Assembly: GCA_031960885.1 (NCBI GenBank)
Contig: JAVRLY010000007.1
Coordinates: 1-33,897 of the forward strand
Direction of reading: 5' to 3'
Source: Desulfurella sp.
Lineage (GTDB): Bacteria; Campylobacterota_A; Desulfurellia; Desulfurellales; Desulfurellaceae
DNA length: 33,897 nucleotides
Of the stretch, positions 1-10,012 are shown piece by piece. Numbering within the stretch: position 1 is the first letter of the stretch; each line of letters starts with the position of its first letter. A program made the position numbers and the translations under genes. The notes beneath the pieces are model-generated. The model searched no databases, was not told where the DNA came from, and saw only the letters and a program-made list of their open reading frames with translations.

Positions 1-1
1 T

Positions 2-67
2 TATATTCAACCGGATAAATTGCAGCAGGTTATGGAAATTTATGAGGAGCAGTTTAAATCTGCTTGA
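2..67 (+). CDS. Possible 3' end of an upstream gene (partial, product unknown)
   Basis: Open frame from the window edge, YIQPDKLQQVMEIYEEQFKSA, ending at TGA 65-67. Too short to identify, and another frame is also open here. Confidence 0.3.
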   Translation, partial: YIQPDKLQQVMEIYEEQFKSA

Positions 68-115
68 TATTTAATGAAAAAACAACTCACTGGGAAGAAA
101 AATTGCGAACAAAAC

Positions 116-144
116 TTGACATTATCCGACTAAATGTGTAGAAT
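116..144 (+). promoter_or_regulatory. Sigma70-type promoter for purC
   Basis: TTGACA (116-121), 17-nt spacer, TAGAAT (139-144), 33 nt upstream of the GTG start. Confidence 0.75.
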
Positions 145-177
145 GTAAAAATGATTTTTGAAAAAGGGGTGTAAACA

Positions 178-1056
178 GTGAGTGAAATTACATTAGAAAC
201 AAACTTAGAAGGCGTCAAACTCTTGAAAAGGGGCAAAGTTAGAGATGTTTATGATTTGGATGATAAACTTTTAATAGTTGCAACGGATAGAATTTCTGCT
301 TTCGATGTTATTTTGCCAAATGGCATACCAAACAAAGGTGAAGTTTTGACTCAAATCTCATTATTTTGGTTTAATATGACAAAAGATATAATTCAAAATC
401 ATTTAATAAGTGCCAATGTAGCCGATTTTCCGCCAATTTTACACAAATATCAAAGTATCTTAGAAAATCGCAGTATGCTAGTAAAAAAAACAAAGCCTAT
501 TTTGATTGAATGCATTGTGAGAGGCTACATTTCTGGTTCTGCTTGGAAAGAGTACCTACAAACAGGTAGTATTTGTGGTATCAGTCTACCAAAAGGACTA
601 AAAGAATCACAAAAATTGCTAGAACCGATATTTACGCCAAGCACAAAAGCAGAAGAAGGGCACGATATAAATATCACATTTGAAGAAATGTGTAATATGA
701 TAGGTAAAGAATTATCTGAAAGTATAAGAGACATTAGTTTAAAAATATACAATAAAGCACAAGATTACGCTATATCAAAAGGTATTATAATATCTGATAC
801 AAAAATGGAGTTTGGTTTGCTAAATGATGAGCTTATACTTATTGATGAGTTACTAACCCCTGATTCTTCAAGATTCTGGTTAGTCAAAACTTACAAAGAA
901 GGTCAGTCTCAAGATAGTTTTGATAAGCAAATTGTAAGGGATTATTTGCTTACGCTTGATTGGAACAAAACTTATCCAGGACCAACGCTGCCAGACTACA
1001 TAGTAGAAAAAACAGCTAAAAGGTACAAAGAAATTTTAGAAATGTTAAAAAAATGA
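178..1056 (+). CDS. purC: SAICAR synthetase (long, ADE1-like type)
   Basis: Motifs [38 protein letters not shown] and SFDKQ. GTG start preceded by an AAGGGG SD. Confidence 0.96.
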   Translation: MSEITLETNLEGVKLLKRGKVRDVYDLDDKLLIVATDRISAFDVILPNGIPNKGEVLTQISLFWFNMTKDIIQNHLISANVADFPPILHKYQSILENRSMLVKKTKPILIECIVRGYISGSAWKEYLQTGSICGISLPKGLKESQKLLEPIFTPSTKAEEGHDINITFEEMCNMIGKELSESIRDISLKIYNKAQDYAISKGIIISDTKMEFGLLNDELILIDELLTPDSSRFWLVKTYKEGQSQDSFDKQIVRDYLLTLDWNKTYPGPTLPDYIVEKTAKRYKEILEMLKK

Positions 1057-1060
1057 TGAT

Positions 1061-1537
1061 TTAATTTTTCTTCTTTATTTTATCATATATAATAAGTAAA
1101 ATTCCTATTGTGATAAAAGAGTCAGCAAAATTAAACGCTGGATAATGGTAGGATTTAATGTAAAAATCAAAAAAGTCTAATACATAGCCGTGCACAACTC
1201 TGTCGTATAAATTACCTAAAGCTCCTCCGGCTAACATTGTTAAGCCAATAAAGAGAGTATTTGAAGTATCATGTTTAAACATAAAGTAAAAGGCTATTAA
1301 CACAACAATGGCGCTAATTGCTATAAGGAATATAAATCTATAAATACCGCTTAAGTGTGCCAAGAAACCAAATGCAATGCCTGAGTTTTGGACATACACT
1401 AAATTAAAAAAATTTGGAATGATATCAATACTATGATCAATCGTTAGATGCGCTAAATAATACTTAGCTATCCTGTCTATAACAAAAAAAAGGAGCGTCA
1501 ATGACACTCCAAAAAAATATTTATGCTTTTTAAACAT
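1061..1537 (-). CDS. lspA: Lipoprotein signal peptidase II
   Basis: Hydrophobic membrane protein with NSGIAFG, GGALGNLYDR, VLDF and AFNFAD (catalytic Asp pair). Confidence 0.95.
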   Translation of the reverse strand: MFKKHKYFFGVSLTLLFFVIDRIAKYYLAHLTIDHSIDIIPNFFNLVYVQNSGIAFGFLAHLSGIYRFIFLIAISAIVVLIAFYFMFKHDTSNTLFIGLTMLAGGALGNLYDRVVHGYVLDFFDFYIKSYHYPAFNFADSFITIGILLIIYDKIKKKN

Positions 1538-1545
1538 AATAGTTT

Positions 1546-1896
1546 TTATTGAAACTTTATGAGGGAAATTTTAGCAGCATCACCCTTTCTATAGCCTATC
1601 TTATATACTCCTACAAAACCACCATTTTTCTCTGCATATTTTGGAACTATATCAGTAAGTAATTTTCTAACAGAGTCTTTATGAGGTAATCTTGATAACA
1701 ACAGTCTCCTTGAAGATAGTGAGTTTTTCTTTCCAATTGTTACGAGTTTGCTAACAAAGCGCGATAATTCTTTTGCTTTGGCGTCTGTTGTCTTGATTTG
1801 ACCATGTTTAATTAAAGCAATCGTCAAATTTCTAAGAAGTGCTTTGCGTTTCTCGCTATCTATACTTAATGTTCTATAGGCTTTTCTATGTCTCAT
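1546..1896 (-). CDS. rplQ: 50S ribosomal protein L17
   Basis: MRHRK start, IKTTDAKAKEL and RKGDAA. Follows rpoA with a TAATG overlap. Confidence 0.96.
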   Translation of the reverse strand: MRHRKAYRTLSIDSEKRKALLRNLTIALIKHGQIKTTDAKAKELSRFVSKLVTIGKKNSLSSRRLLLSRLPHKDSVRKLLTDIVPKYAEKNGGFVGVYKIGYRKGDAAKISLIKFQ

Positions 1897-2903
1897 TATT
1901 CTTCACTCCTTTTTATTGCTTCTTCTATTCTTTTAATGTATTTTTCATCAAATGTCATTCCCAAACTCAAACCTAGTTGTTTTAGTGCAGCCTTGATTTC
2001 CTTCAGTGATTGCTTGCCAAAGTTTCTTGTATTGAGTAAATCAAAATCTGTTTTTTGCACAAGTTGCCAGATATATTTTATATCGTGATTTCTTAAGCAA
2101 TTAGATGCCCTAACATTTAGCTCAAGATCTTCTATGGTTTTTAAAAGATTTTCATCAATTTCTTCATTTGCATCACTGTAATTTAAGTCTGGCTCAGACT
2201 CTTTAAAATTGCCCATAAAAAGTTTAAAGTGTGCATTTAAAATATAACTTGCCTGACCTAGCGCTTCTTTGGGAGTTATACTGCCATTTGTTTCAACTTC
2301 TAAAATAAGCCTTTCGTAATCGTAGAAGCCTCTTTCCATGCTCTTATTGGCACTAAAAGATACGCGTCTTACTGGAGTGAACAAAGCATCAACTGGTATG
2401 TAACCTATTTCTTTGTTTATGCTTTCTTGATTTGATTGCTTATAACCCACTCCTTTTTCTAAGTAAATTTCAGCTTGAAATTCAGCATCATCATTTAATT
2501 GTGCAATATAATGGTTAGGATTAATAATTTTTAAGTCAGAGTTCAGCTCTATATCACTTGCCCTAAGAATGCCAGGTCCTTTTTTGCTTATTTTTAACAC
2601 GCATTCTTTGAAATTCTCCGATAAACTCTTAAAAACTACATCTTTCAGATTTAATATTATATTGATTACGTCTTCTTTAACTCCAGTTACTCCGCTAAAC
2701 TCATGTTCAACACCATCTATTTTAATGCCAACTATACCAATACCCTGTATAGATGATAACAATACTCTTCTTAATGCATTGCCAATGGTAGTTGCAAAAC
2801 CTTCGTTAATTGGTTCAAGTATAAATCTTTCATGCCTATCATTTACATATTCTACTTTAATTTCTTGAGGCAATTGCAAATACTCAAAAATATCATTATT
2901 CAT
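1896..2903 (-). CDS. rpoA: RNA polymerase alpha subunit
   Basis: TIGNALRRVLLSS, HEFS..GVKED, PVDALFTPV and an alphaCTD motif LELNVRASNCL. Confidence 0.98.
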   Translation of the reverse strand: MNNDIFEYLQLPQEIKVEYVNDRHERFILEPINEGFATTIGNALRRVLLSSIQGIGIVGIKIDGVEHEFSGVTGVKEDVINIILNLKDVVFKSLSENFKECVLKISKKGPGILRASDIELNSDLKIINPNHYIAQLNDDAEFQAEIYLEKGVGYKQSNQESINKEIGYIPVDALFTPVRRVSFSANKSMERGFYDYERLILEVETNGSITPKEALGQASYILNAHFKLFMGNFKESEPDLNYSDANEEIDENLLKTIEDLELNVRASNCLRNHDIKYIWQLVQKTDFDLLNTRNFGKQSLKEIKAALKQLGLSLGMTFDEKYIKRIEEAIKRSEE

Positions 2904-2924
2904 AAATTCAACCTTTCTTAAATT

Positions 2925-3551
2925 TTATCTTGAATAAAGCTCAACAATTGTATCAGCCTTAAATGGAACCCTTATATCCTCAATAGATGGGGTATCTAAT
3001 ACCCTAACAGTCAAACTACCCACATCCAAACTCAACCACGGTGCAATTCCTGACTTATAAGCATAATCAATTCTGTCCTTTAACTCTTGAGAATTTTTAA
3101 TTTTTTCACTAACGCTTATTGTATCGTTTTTAGATACAATAAGAGATGGAATAGTGGTTTTTCTTCCGTTTAATATAACATTCCCATGACTAATTAACTG
3201 TCTTGCTTGTTTTTTAGACACGGCAAAACCAGATTTATAGACAACGTTATCCAACCTGCATTCAAGAATTTTAACTAAATTTTCACCAGTTTGACCTTGC
3301 ATTTGTTTTGCGTTCTTGAAATACCTCCTAAATTGTCTTTCAAGCACACCGTAATATGACTTAGCTTTTTGTTTTTCTATCAAATGTTCTGTATAACTTT
3401 TCAATTTTCTTCTCGAAGATTTATCCTTGCCGGGCGGATAAGGAGATTTCTCAAATGCGCATTTTTCTGTAACACACCTATCTCCTTTTAAAAACAATTT
3501 TAAACCTAATGCTCTACACCTTCTGCATAGTGGACCATTATAAACTGCCAT
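2925..3551 (-). CDS. rpsD: 30S ribosomal protein S4 (zinc-binding form)
   Basis: CRRCR...C...C N-terminus, RLDNVVY, QARQLISHG and IVELYSR. Confidence 0.98.
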   Translation of the reverse strand: MAVYNGPLCRRCRALGLKLFLKGDRCVTEKCAFEKSPYPPGKDKSSRRKLKSYTEHLIEKQKAKSYYGVLERQFRRYFKNAKQMQGQTGENLVKILECRLDNVVYKSGFAVSKKQARQLISHGNVILNGRKTTIPSLIVSKNDTISVSEKIKNSQELKDRIDYAYKSGIAPWLSLDVGSLTVRVLDTPSIEDIRVPFKADTIVELYSR

Positions 3552-3562
3552 AATCTATCACC

Positions 3563-3943
3563 TCAAACTCTTCTTTTCTTTGGTGGTTTACAACCATTGT
3601 GTGGTATAGGAGTTACATCTTTTAAAGACTTAACCTTTAAGCCAGCTGACTGCAAAACTCTTATAGCAGTCTCTCTACCAGATCCAGGACCTTTAACACG
3701 TACATCGACTTCTTTCATTCCTCTTTGTACAGCGATTTTAGCTGCTTGCTCAGCAGCCATCTGTGCGGCAAAAGGCGTACTTTTTCTTGTTCCTTTGAAT
3801 CCTACGCTACCAGATGTTGACCAACAAACAACATTGCCATCTTTATCTGTAATACTAACTATAGTGTTGTTAAATGTAGATTGAATATGAACAATACCAC
3901 TCACACTAACTTTTTTAACTTTCTTCTTTTTAGCTTCAGCCAT
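3563..3943 (-). CDS. rpsK: 30S ribosomal protein S11
   Basis: STFNNT, KSTPFAA, GPGSGRE and [10 protein letters not shown]. Confidence 0.98.
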   Translation of the reverse strand: MAEAKKKKVKKVSVSGIVHIQSTFNNTIVSITDKDGNVVCWSTSGSVGFKGTRKSTPFAAQMAAEQAAKIAVQRGMKEVDVRVKGPGSGRETAIRVLQSAGLKVKSLKDVTPIPHNGCKPPKKRRV

Positions 3944-3964
3944 TAAATTTCTCCTTAAATACCA

Positions 3965-4327
3965 TTAATGTTTACCTCCAACTGTCTTTTTTCTGCCTTT
4001 TCTTGTTCTTGAATTTGTTCTTGTTCTTTGACCTCTTACAGGCAGGCCTTTTCTGTGTCTTAGACCCCTATAATTTCCTAAATCCATTAATCGTTTAATA
4101 TTCATTCCAACTATTTTTCGTAATTCGCCTTCTATAGTGTAATTAGAAAGAATAGACCTTAGTTTTTGCAATTCATCTGGAGTCAAATCATCAGTTCTTC
4201 TATTAGGATCAACGCCAGTTTTTTCAATTATTTCTTTAGAGGTAGATTTACCTATTCCATATATATATGTCAAGGCAACCTCTATACGTTTATTTTTTGG
4301 TAATTCAACACCAACTAATCGAGCCAT
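3965..4327 (-). CDS. rpsM: 30S ribosomal protein S13
   Basis: ALTYIYGIG and [17 protein letters not shown]. Confidence 0.98.
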   Translation of the reverse strand: MARLVGVELPKNKRIEVALTYIYGIGKSTSKEIIEKTGVDPNRRTDDLTPDELQKLRSILSNYTIEGELRKIVGMNIKRLMDLGNYRGLRHRKGLPVRGQRTRTNSRTRKGRKKTVGGKH

Positions 4328-4335
4328 TTATCCTC

Positions 4336-4449
4336 CTAGCCTTGTTTTTGTTTGTGCTTTGGATTTTCGCATATAACCCTAACAACACCTTTTCTTTTTA
4401 TTATTTTACATTTTGGACAGATCTTTTTAACTGAAGACCTTACTTTCAT
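4336..4449 (-). CDS. rpmJ: 50S ribosomal protein L36 (zinc ribbon form)
   Basis: Not in the ORF track. Hand translation: [37 protein letters not shown], with a GGAGG SD upstream. Confidence 0.97.
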   Translation of the reverse strand: MKVRSSVKKICPKCKIIKRKGVVRVICENPKHKQKQG

Positions 4450-4467
4450 TTATTTAACCTCCAATTT

Positions 4468-4686
4468 CTACTTATACCTATAAATTATTCTGCCTTTTTC
4501 TATGCTGTATGGTGAAATCTCTAATTTAACCTTATCGCCTGGCAAAATTTTTATGAAATGCATACGCATCTTACCTGCTACATGAGCCAAAACTATATGC
4601 TCGTTTTGTAGTTTTACCCTAAACATAGCGTTTGGTAATGCTTCCACAACTTCACCTTCAACTACAACTGGTTTTTCTTTTGCCAT
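4468..4686 (-). CDS. infA: Translation initiation factor IF-1
   Basis: [25 protein letters not shown] and GRIIYR. Confidence 0.98.
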   Translation of the reverse strand: MAKEKPVVVEGEVVEALPNAMFRVKLQNEHIVLAHVAGKMRMHFIKILPGDKVKLEISPYSIEKGRIIYRYK

Positions 4687-4691
4687 AAAAA

Positions 4692-5447
4692 CTAATTCTC
4701 CTTGCTCAATATCACGGGACCGTTTTCTAAAATAGCTATAGTATGTTCAAAATGCGCCGATGGCGACCCATCTTTTGTCACAACACTCCAACCATCTTTT
4801 TTTACTTCAACTTCAAAATCGCCCACATTAACCATTGGTTCTATTGCAATCGTCATGCCTACTTTTAATACGATATTTCGTGCTCTGTCTGGAACATAAT
4901 TTGGTACCTGAGGCTCTTCATGCAAATGTCTTCCAATGCCATGTCCGACATAATCTCTTACTACACTAAAACCATTTGCTTCTACATATGTCTGGATTGC
5001 TTGTGATATATCAAATAAATAATTGCCAGGATGAGCTTTTTCTATACCTTTGTACAAAGAATTCCTTGTCACGTCAATTAGCTTTTGTTTTATTTTGGAA
5101 ACATTACCTACACAAACAGTTATCGCAGAATCGCCATAGAAGCCATCATAAAACAAACCAAAATCTAAACTGACTATATCCCCTTCTTTTAAAAATCTCT
5201 TATTAGAAGGTATACCATGCACTACCTCTTCATTAACAGAAACACACAAAGCGTTTGGAAAACCACCATAACCTAAAAAAGCTGGCTTTGCATCTAATTC
5301 TTTAGAGTATTCCATTGCAAGCCTATCAAGCTCATATGTTGTTATACCAGCTTTCACTTCATTTTTCAACATGTTTAAAACTTTCGCTACCATTGCGTTT
5401 ACGACGCGCATTTTTTCTATTTCTTGTCTTGATTTTAAAACAATCAT
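4692..5447 (-). CDS. map: Methionine aminopeptidase type I
   Basis: [29 protein letters not shown] and SAHFEHT. ATG at 5447 overlaps the adk stop (TGATG). Confidence 0.97.
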   Translation of the reverse strand: MIVLKSRQEIEKMRVVNAMVAKVLNMLKNEVKAGITTYELDRLAMEYSKELDAKPAFLGYGGFPNALCVSVNEEVVHGIPSNKRFLKEGDIVSLDFGLFYDGFYGDSAITVCVGNVSKIKQKLIDVTRNSLYKGIEKAHPGNYLFDISQAIQTYVEANGFSVVRDYVGHGIGRHLHEEPQVPNYVPDRARNIVLKVGMTIAIEPMVNVGDFEVEVKKDGWSVVTKDGSPSAHFEHTIAILENGPVILSKEN

Positions 5448-6091
5448 CAATCGCCCAATATATCAGTAATAGCTGAAAAAACTTCATCTACATTGCCACT
5501 GCCACTTATTGTATGTAATTTGCCTTTTTTCTTGTAATACTCAATGAGCGGCTTCGTATGTTCTTTAAAAACCTTTAACCTATTTTCTACAGTTTCTTTT
5601 GTATCATCAGTACGTTGGATTAATTTAGACCCGCAAATATCGCAAATCATGTCTTGTTTTGGGGGTTTGTTTTTAAGATGATATATGGCTCCACAAGTTG
5701 GGCAAACTCTTCTTAGAATTAAACGTTCGATAATCTCTTCGTCTGCTACATCTATATATATAACGGCATCTAAAATTAAATTTTTTTCCGTTAGCATTTT
5801 ATCAAAGCTAGAGGCTTGATCAATAGTTCTTGGAAATCCATCTAACAGAAAACCGCGTGCGCAATCATTTTGCATTATACGATTTTCAATCATCTTTATA
5901 ATAAGCCCATCTGGAACAAGCTCGCCTTTTTCCATATATTGTTTTGCCGCTACACCCAAATCGGTTTCGTTTCTAACTTCATTGCGTAAAATGTCTCCTG
6001 TGGATATCTGCACAATAGAGTATTTCCTTATTATCTTTTCTGCTTGAGTACCTTTTCCTACACCAGGAGCTCCAAGTAAAACTACAATCAC
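5447..6091 (-). CDS. adk: Adenylate kinase (zinc-binding LID)
   Basis: GAPGVGKGTQ P-loop, STGD, LDGFPRT and CPTC...CDIC. GTG start. Confidence 0.98.
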   Translation of the reverse strand: MIVVLLGAPGVGKGTQAEKIIRKYSIVQISTGDILRNEVRNETDLGVAAKQYMEKGELVPDGLIIKMIENRIMQNDCARGFLLDGFPRTIDQASSFDKMLTEKNLILDAVIYIDVADEEIIERLILRRVCPTCGAIYHLKNKPPKQDMICDICGSKLIQRTDDTKETVENRLKVFKEHTKPLIEYYKKKGKLHTISGSGNVDEVFSAITDILGD

Positions 6092-7384
6092 TTATCTACC
6101 TCCTTTATTCAAAAAACCGTCATAATTCCTCATATACAAATGAGCTTGTATTTGCATGATAGTGTCCAAAGCAACCTGAACAACAATCAATAAAGCTGTG
6201 CCTCCAAAGTAAAACGGCACGCTAAAGTGTTGCATTAAAATCCAGGGCAATACACATACAAACGACAAGTATATACCACCAACAAATGTAAGCCTAGTTA
6301 GTATCCAATCCAAAAAGTCAGCAGTATACTTTCCTGGTCTAATGCCTGGTATAAAACCACCATTCTTTTTGAGATTATCAGCAACATCTTTTGGGTTAAA
6401 AGCAATGGAGGTATAAAAGTATGCAAAAAAGAAAATCAAAATCACATAAAAAACATTATAAATCATACCGCCTGGATTCAATAAGTTAGAGATTTTTTGT
6501 ATAAAAGGTACATTTATAACTTTAGCTATTGTCGCAGGGAAAAGCATAATAGAAGACGCAAATATCGGAGGTATTACACCAGATACATTAATTTTTAATG
6601 GGATATAGCTGCTTTGCGCGTTGTATAGTCGCTTTCCTACCATTCTCCTTGGGTACTGCACACTTACCCTTCTTTGAGCTAACTCAACAAATACTATAAG
6701 CGCAACAACGCCAACTACGATTATAAAGATCAGTAACAATGCAAGTATTGACATATCGCCAGAACTTACTAATTTAAAAGTGTTACCCACTGCTGCAGGC
6801 AACCCTGCAATAATGCCGGCAAATATAATAAGAGAGATTCCGTTTCCAATGCCTCGCTCTGTTATTTGCTCACCAAGCCACATTAAAAACACCGTTCCAG
6901 TTGTTAAAGTAATATCAGCAAAAATAATAAACCCTATACCATGCCATATTACAACAGGTGTATCATTTGGTCCATGCATTGATTGTAGACCTATTGCTAT
7001 TCCTATACCTTGCAATAAAGATATTACAACCGTTAAATACCTGGTATACTCCGATATTTTTCTCCTACCAGATTCACCTTCTTTTTGTAATTTTGCAAGT
7101 TCTGGGCTTACAGCTGTAAATAATTCTAAAATAATAGCTGCAGAAATATAAGGCATAATGCCTAAAGAAACAATACTAAAGTTGCTAATTGCACCGCCAC
7201 TAAAAAGGTTAAATAGACCAAGCGCTGTTGATTGATTTTGATTTACAAGCGCAGCCAACACATGAGTGTCCACACCTGGTGTAGGTATGTGTGCTGCTAA
7301 CCTAAATATTATAAACATGACAAGAGTAAATAACAACCTTTTGTTTAACTCTGGTACGTTAAACATGTTTGAGTAGTCTTGCAT
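6092..7384 (-). CDS. secY: Preprotein translocase SecY
   Basis: LGIMPYISA, WLGEQITERGIGNG, GVIPPIFA and FIPGIRPG; multiple transmembrane segments. Confidence 0.98.
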   Translation of the reverse strand: MQDYSNMFNVPELNKRLLFTLVMFIIFRLAAHIPTPGVDTHVLAALVNQNQSTALGLFNLFSGGAISNFSIVSLGIMPYISAAIILELFTAVSPELAKLQKEGESGRRKISEYTRYLTVVISLLQGIGIAIGLQSMHGPNDTPVVIWHGIGFIIFADITLTTGTVFLMWLGEQITERGIGNGISLIIFAGIIAGLPAAVGNTFKLVSSGDMSILALLLIFIIVVGVVALIVFVELAQRRVSVQYPRRMVGKRLYNAQSSYIPLKINVSGVIPPIFASSIMLFPATIAKVINVPFIQKISNLLNPGGMIYNVFYVILIFFFAYFYTSIAFNPKDVADNLKKNGGFIPGIRPGKYTADFLDWILTRLTFVGGIYLSFVCVLPWILMQHFSVPFYFGGTALLIVVQVALDTIMQIQAHLYMRNYDGFLNKGGR

Positions 7385-7818
7385 TAAATAACCTCAAATA
7401 TAGCATTTGCTTGTTCAATTTTGCTAATTGCTTGCTTAGAAAACGCATGGGCCTTAATATTCAATTTTTTTGACAAGTTTCCGTTACCCAAAATTTTTAT
7501 TAATTTTTTACCGCTTACTAAGCCCTTATCAACTAGCGTTTCAAAATTCACTTCATCATTTTCATTAAAATGTTCGTTTAAAATTTCGATATTAACTATA
7601 TCATACTCAATTTTGAAATTATTTTTAAAACCTCTTTTGGGCAATCTTCTATAAATAGGTGTTTGACCACCTTCGTAGAATGCACTTAAGTGTCCATGTC
7701 CACTCCTTGCTCTTTCACCTTTGTTGCCCTTGCCAGCTGTCGTTCCGTATCCACTTGCGTCGCCCCTTCCTACTCTTTTTTTATTTTGTACTATCTTTGG
7801 TAATTCAAACAATTGCAT
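7384..7818 (-). CDS. rplO: 50S ribosomal protein L15
   Basis: KRVGRG..SG.G.TAGKG.KG and EGGQTP...RLPKRGF. Start reassigned to ATG 7818, behind an AAGGAG SD. Confidence 0.96.
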   Translation of the reverse strand: MQLFELPKIVQNKKRVGRGDASGYGTTAGKGNKGERARSGHGHLSAFYEGGQTPIYRRLPKRGFKNNFKIEYDIVNIEILNEHFNENDEVNFETLVDKGLVSGKKLIKILGNGNLSKKLNIKAHAFSKQAISKIEQANAIFEVI

Positions 7819-7828
7819 ATTAATCTCC

Positions 7829-8008
7829 TTATTCAACTTCTTCAACTCTAACCATATAGTATAATTTTTTTATCATTCCACGTATGTGGGGTGTATCTTT
7901 CCTTAAAACATACTGATTAGGTCTTTTTAGGCCCAGTGACGTTGCCACTTTTTTTAATTTATGCTTTTGTCCAATATAGCTTTTTGTCATAATAATCTTA
8001 AGTGTCAT
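7829..8008 (-). CDS. rpmD: 50S ribosomal protein L30
   Basis: Not in the ORF track. Hand translation: [59 protein letters not shown] (KS.IG, LGL, DTP.IRGM). Canonical rpsE-rpmD-rplO position; ATGA overlap with rpsE. Confidence 0.94.
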   Translation of the reverse strand: MTLKIIMTKSYIGQKHKLKKVATSLGLKRPNQYVLRKDTPHIRGMIKKLYYMVRVEEVE

Positions 8009-8475
8009 TGTACCAATCCCCTTCCTTTCAAAATTTCTTCCTTATTTTTTAGTGACTTTAATGCTTTTATTATAGCGCCTGCTAAATTAAATGGATTATT
8101 AGAACCAATTGATTTAGTTACTATATTTTTAATTCCGCAGGCTTCCAATACCGCTCTTGCAGTATTTCCAGCTATTATGCCTGTTCCTGGCTTTGCTGGT
8201 TTCAATAATACAATGCCAGCACCCTGTTTTACTTGTACAATATGAGGAATGCTTCCATCTTTTGTTATAGGCACTCTAAACATTTCTTTCTTAGCCTTTT
8301 CTACGGCTTTCTTTATTGCTTCTGATACTTCTTTTGATTTACCCAAAGCAATTCCTACTTGACCATTAGAATCTCCAACTACAACTAAAGCGTTAAATCG
8401 AAATCTCCTACCACCTTTTACAACCTTAGCAACTCTACCTATTTTAACAACATACTCTTGAAAAACTTTTTCCAC
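8005..8475 (-). CDS. rpsE: 30S ribosomal protein S5
   Basis: RVAKVVKGGRRFRF, ALVVVGD and PA.PGTGIIAG. GTG start. Confidence 0.98.
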   Translation of the reverse strand: MEKVFQEYVVKIGRVAKVVKGGRRFRFNALVVVGDSNGQVGIALGKSKEVSEAIKKAVEKAKKEMFRVPITKDGSIPHIVQVKQGAGIVLLKPAKPGTGIIAGNTARAVLEACGIKNIVTKSIGSNNPFNLAGAIIKALKSLKNKEEILKGRGLVQ

Positions 8476-8484
8476 TTAACCCTC

Positions 8485-8850
8485 CTAAAAAATTAAACCG
8501 CCCTCTCTTGCAGCATCTGCTAAGGCTTTAACTTTGCCATGATACAGATAGCCATTTCTGTCAAAAACAACATTCGATATACCCTTTTCTAAAGCTTTTT
8601 GAGCTAAAAGCAAACCTACTTGCCTTGCTGATTCAATATTACAACCTTTTACTTTATCTTTAAGCTTAGAATCTAAGCTCGAAGCACTGACTACTGTATT
8701 ACCGCTTATATCGTCAATGAGCTGAGCATACACATGATTTAAACTTTTAAATACGCATAGTCTTGGCTTTTGCAAAGTTCCCCTGATTTTATACTTTAAA
8801 CTAATTTTTCTTTTTTGTCTCAATTCGTTTCTACTTTGTTTCTTTAACAT
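8485..8850 (-). CDS. rplR: 50S ribosomal protein L18
   Basis: PRLCVFKS, YAQLIDD, VFDRNGYLYHG and AREGGL. Confidence 0.98.
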   Translation of the reverse strand: MLKKQSRNELRQKRKISLKYKIRGTLQKPRLCVFKSLNHVYAQLIDDISGNTVVSASSLDSKLKDKVKGCNIESARQVGLLLAQKALEKGISNVVFDRNGYLYHGKVKALADAAREGGLIF

Positions 8851-8858
8851 TAAACCTC

Positions 8859-9407
8859 CTACTTACCTGCCGCTTTTCCAGCTTTCCTTCTAACTTTCTC
8901 ATATTTGTATTTTATACCTTTGCCTTTATAAGGCTCTACTTTTTTAAATGCTCTAATATCAGCTGTTACTTGTCCAACTAAATATTTGTCAATGCCCGAT
9001 ATTGTGAGATTAGTTCCAGATTTATCTACCTCAATAGTAATACCATTTGGTATTGAATAGAAAACTTCATGTGAAAATCCTAAGTTCAATTTTATTTTCT
9101 TTGATTCTACACTTGCTTTATACCCAACCCCTTCTATTGATAATTCCTTATTAAAGCCATTTGTCACGCCTGCAATTGCATTTGCAATTAAACTTCTGTA
9201 TAAACCATGAAATGCCTTTGCTTTTTTATTTTCTTGATTGATATTTTTTACAATCAAAGTATCGCCTTCTTTGACTAATTCAATGAATTCTGATTTAAAG
9301 TTCTGAGTTAAAATTCCTCGTGGACCTTTGGCTGTAATTTTATCCTTTTCTATATTTAACTCTACATTCTTTGGTAGATTAATTATTTTTTTACCTATAC
9401 GAGACAT
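8859..9407 (-). CDS. rplF: 50S ribosomal protein L6
   Basis: MSRIGK, GVGYKA, LGFSH and EPYKGKG. Confidence 0.98.
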   Translation of the reverse strand: MSRIGKKIINLPKNVELNIEKDKITAKGPRGILTQNFKSEFIELVKEGDTLIVKNINQENKKAKAFHGLYRSLIANAIAGVTNGFNKELSIEGVGYKASVESKKIKLNLGFSHEVFYSIPNGITIEVDKSGTNLTISGIDKYLVGQVTADIRAFKKVEPYKGKGIKYKYEKVRRKAGKAAGK

Positions 9408-9416
9408 AATTTCCTC

Positions 9417-9812
9417 CTAAAATAGCTCACAAATTAGCTCTCCACCCAATTTTCTCTTTTTAGCCTGATATGTTGTCATAACACCTTGGTTGGTTGATAT
9501 AATAGAAATACCCAAACCACTAACAACTGGCTTTATGTCTTGCGATTTAACATAAATTCTTCTCGATGGTTTACTTACGACCTTTATTATTTTTAAAGCA
9601 GGCTCTTTATGTTTGTCATCTAAATATTTCAATTCAACTTTTATGAGTGTTTTTAGAGGATTAATAATTTCATAATTTTTTATATAACCCTCTTTTTTCA
9701 TAATCTCACAAATGTTCTTAACTATGCTGTTGCCATATACTGTTACTTCAGTTTTCTTTGTCAAAAGAGCATTTTTAATCATTGATAATGAATCACTTAC
9801 TCTATTCATCAT
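9417..9812 (-). CDS. rpsH: 30S ribosomal protein S8
   Basis: EGYI, SKPSRRIY, GLGISIIST..GVMT and GGELIC; expected spc position. The true start may be the second ATG (9809). Confidence 0.95.
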   Translation of the reverse strand: MMNRVSDSLSMIKNALLTKKTEVTVYGNSIVKNICEIMKKEGYIKNYEIINPLKTLIKVELKYLDDKHKEPALKIIKVVSKPSRRIYVKSQDIKPVVSGLGISIISTNQGVMTTYQAKKRKLGGELICELF

Positions 9813-9818
9813 ATTCTC

Positions 9819-10004
9819 CTACCAACTTGATTTGGTTATACCAGGAATTTCTCCCCGTGATGCTAAATTTCTAAAACAAATTCTGCAAATTCCAAAATCC
9901 CTAATATAACCTCTAGATCTACCGCATATATTGCACCTATTCTTGATTCTTACTTTAAACTTTGGATTCTTTTTAGTTTTTTCAATCATAGCTTTTCTAG
10001 CCAT
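9819..10004 (-). CDS. rpsN: 30S ribosomal protein S14, short zinc-binding (type Z) form
   Basis: 61 aa with RCNICGR...CRIC and GITKSSW. Confidence 0.97.
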   Translation of the reverse strand: MARKAMIEKTKKNPKFKVRIKNRCNICGRSRGYIRDFGICRICFRNLASRGEIPGITKSSW

Positions 10005-10012
10005 TAAACCTC

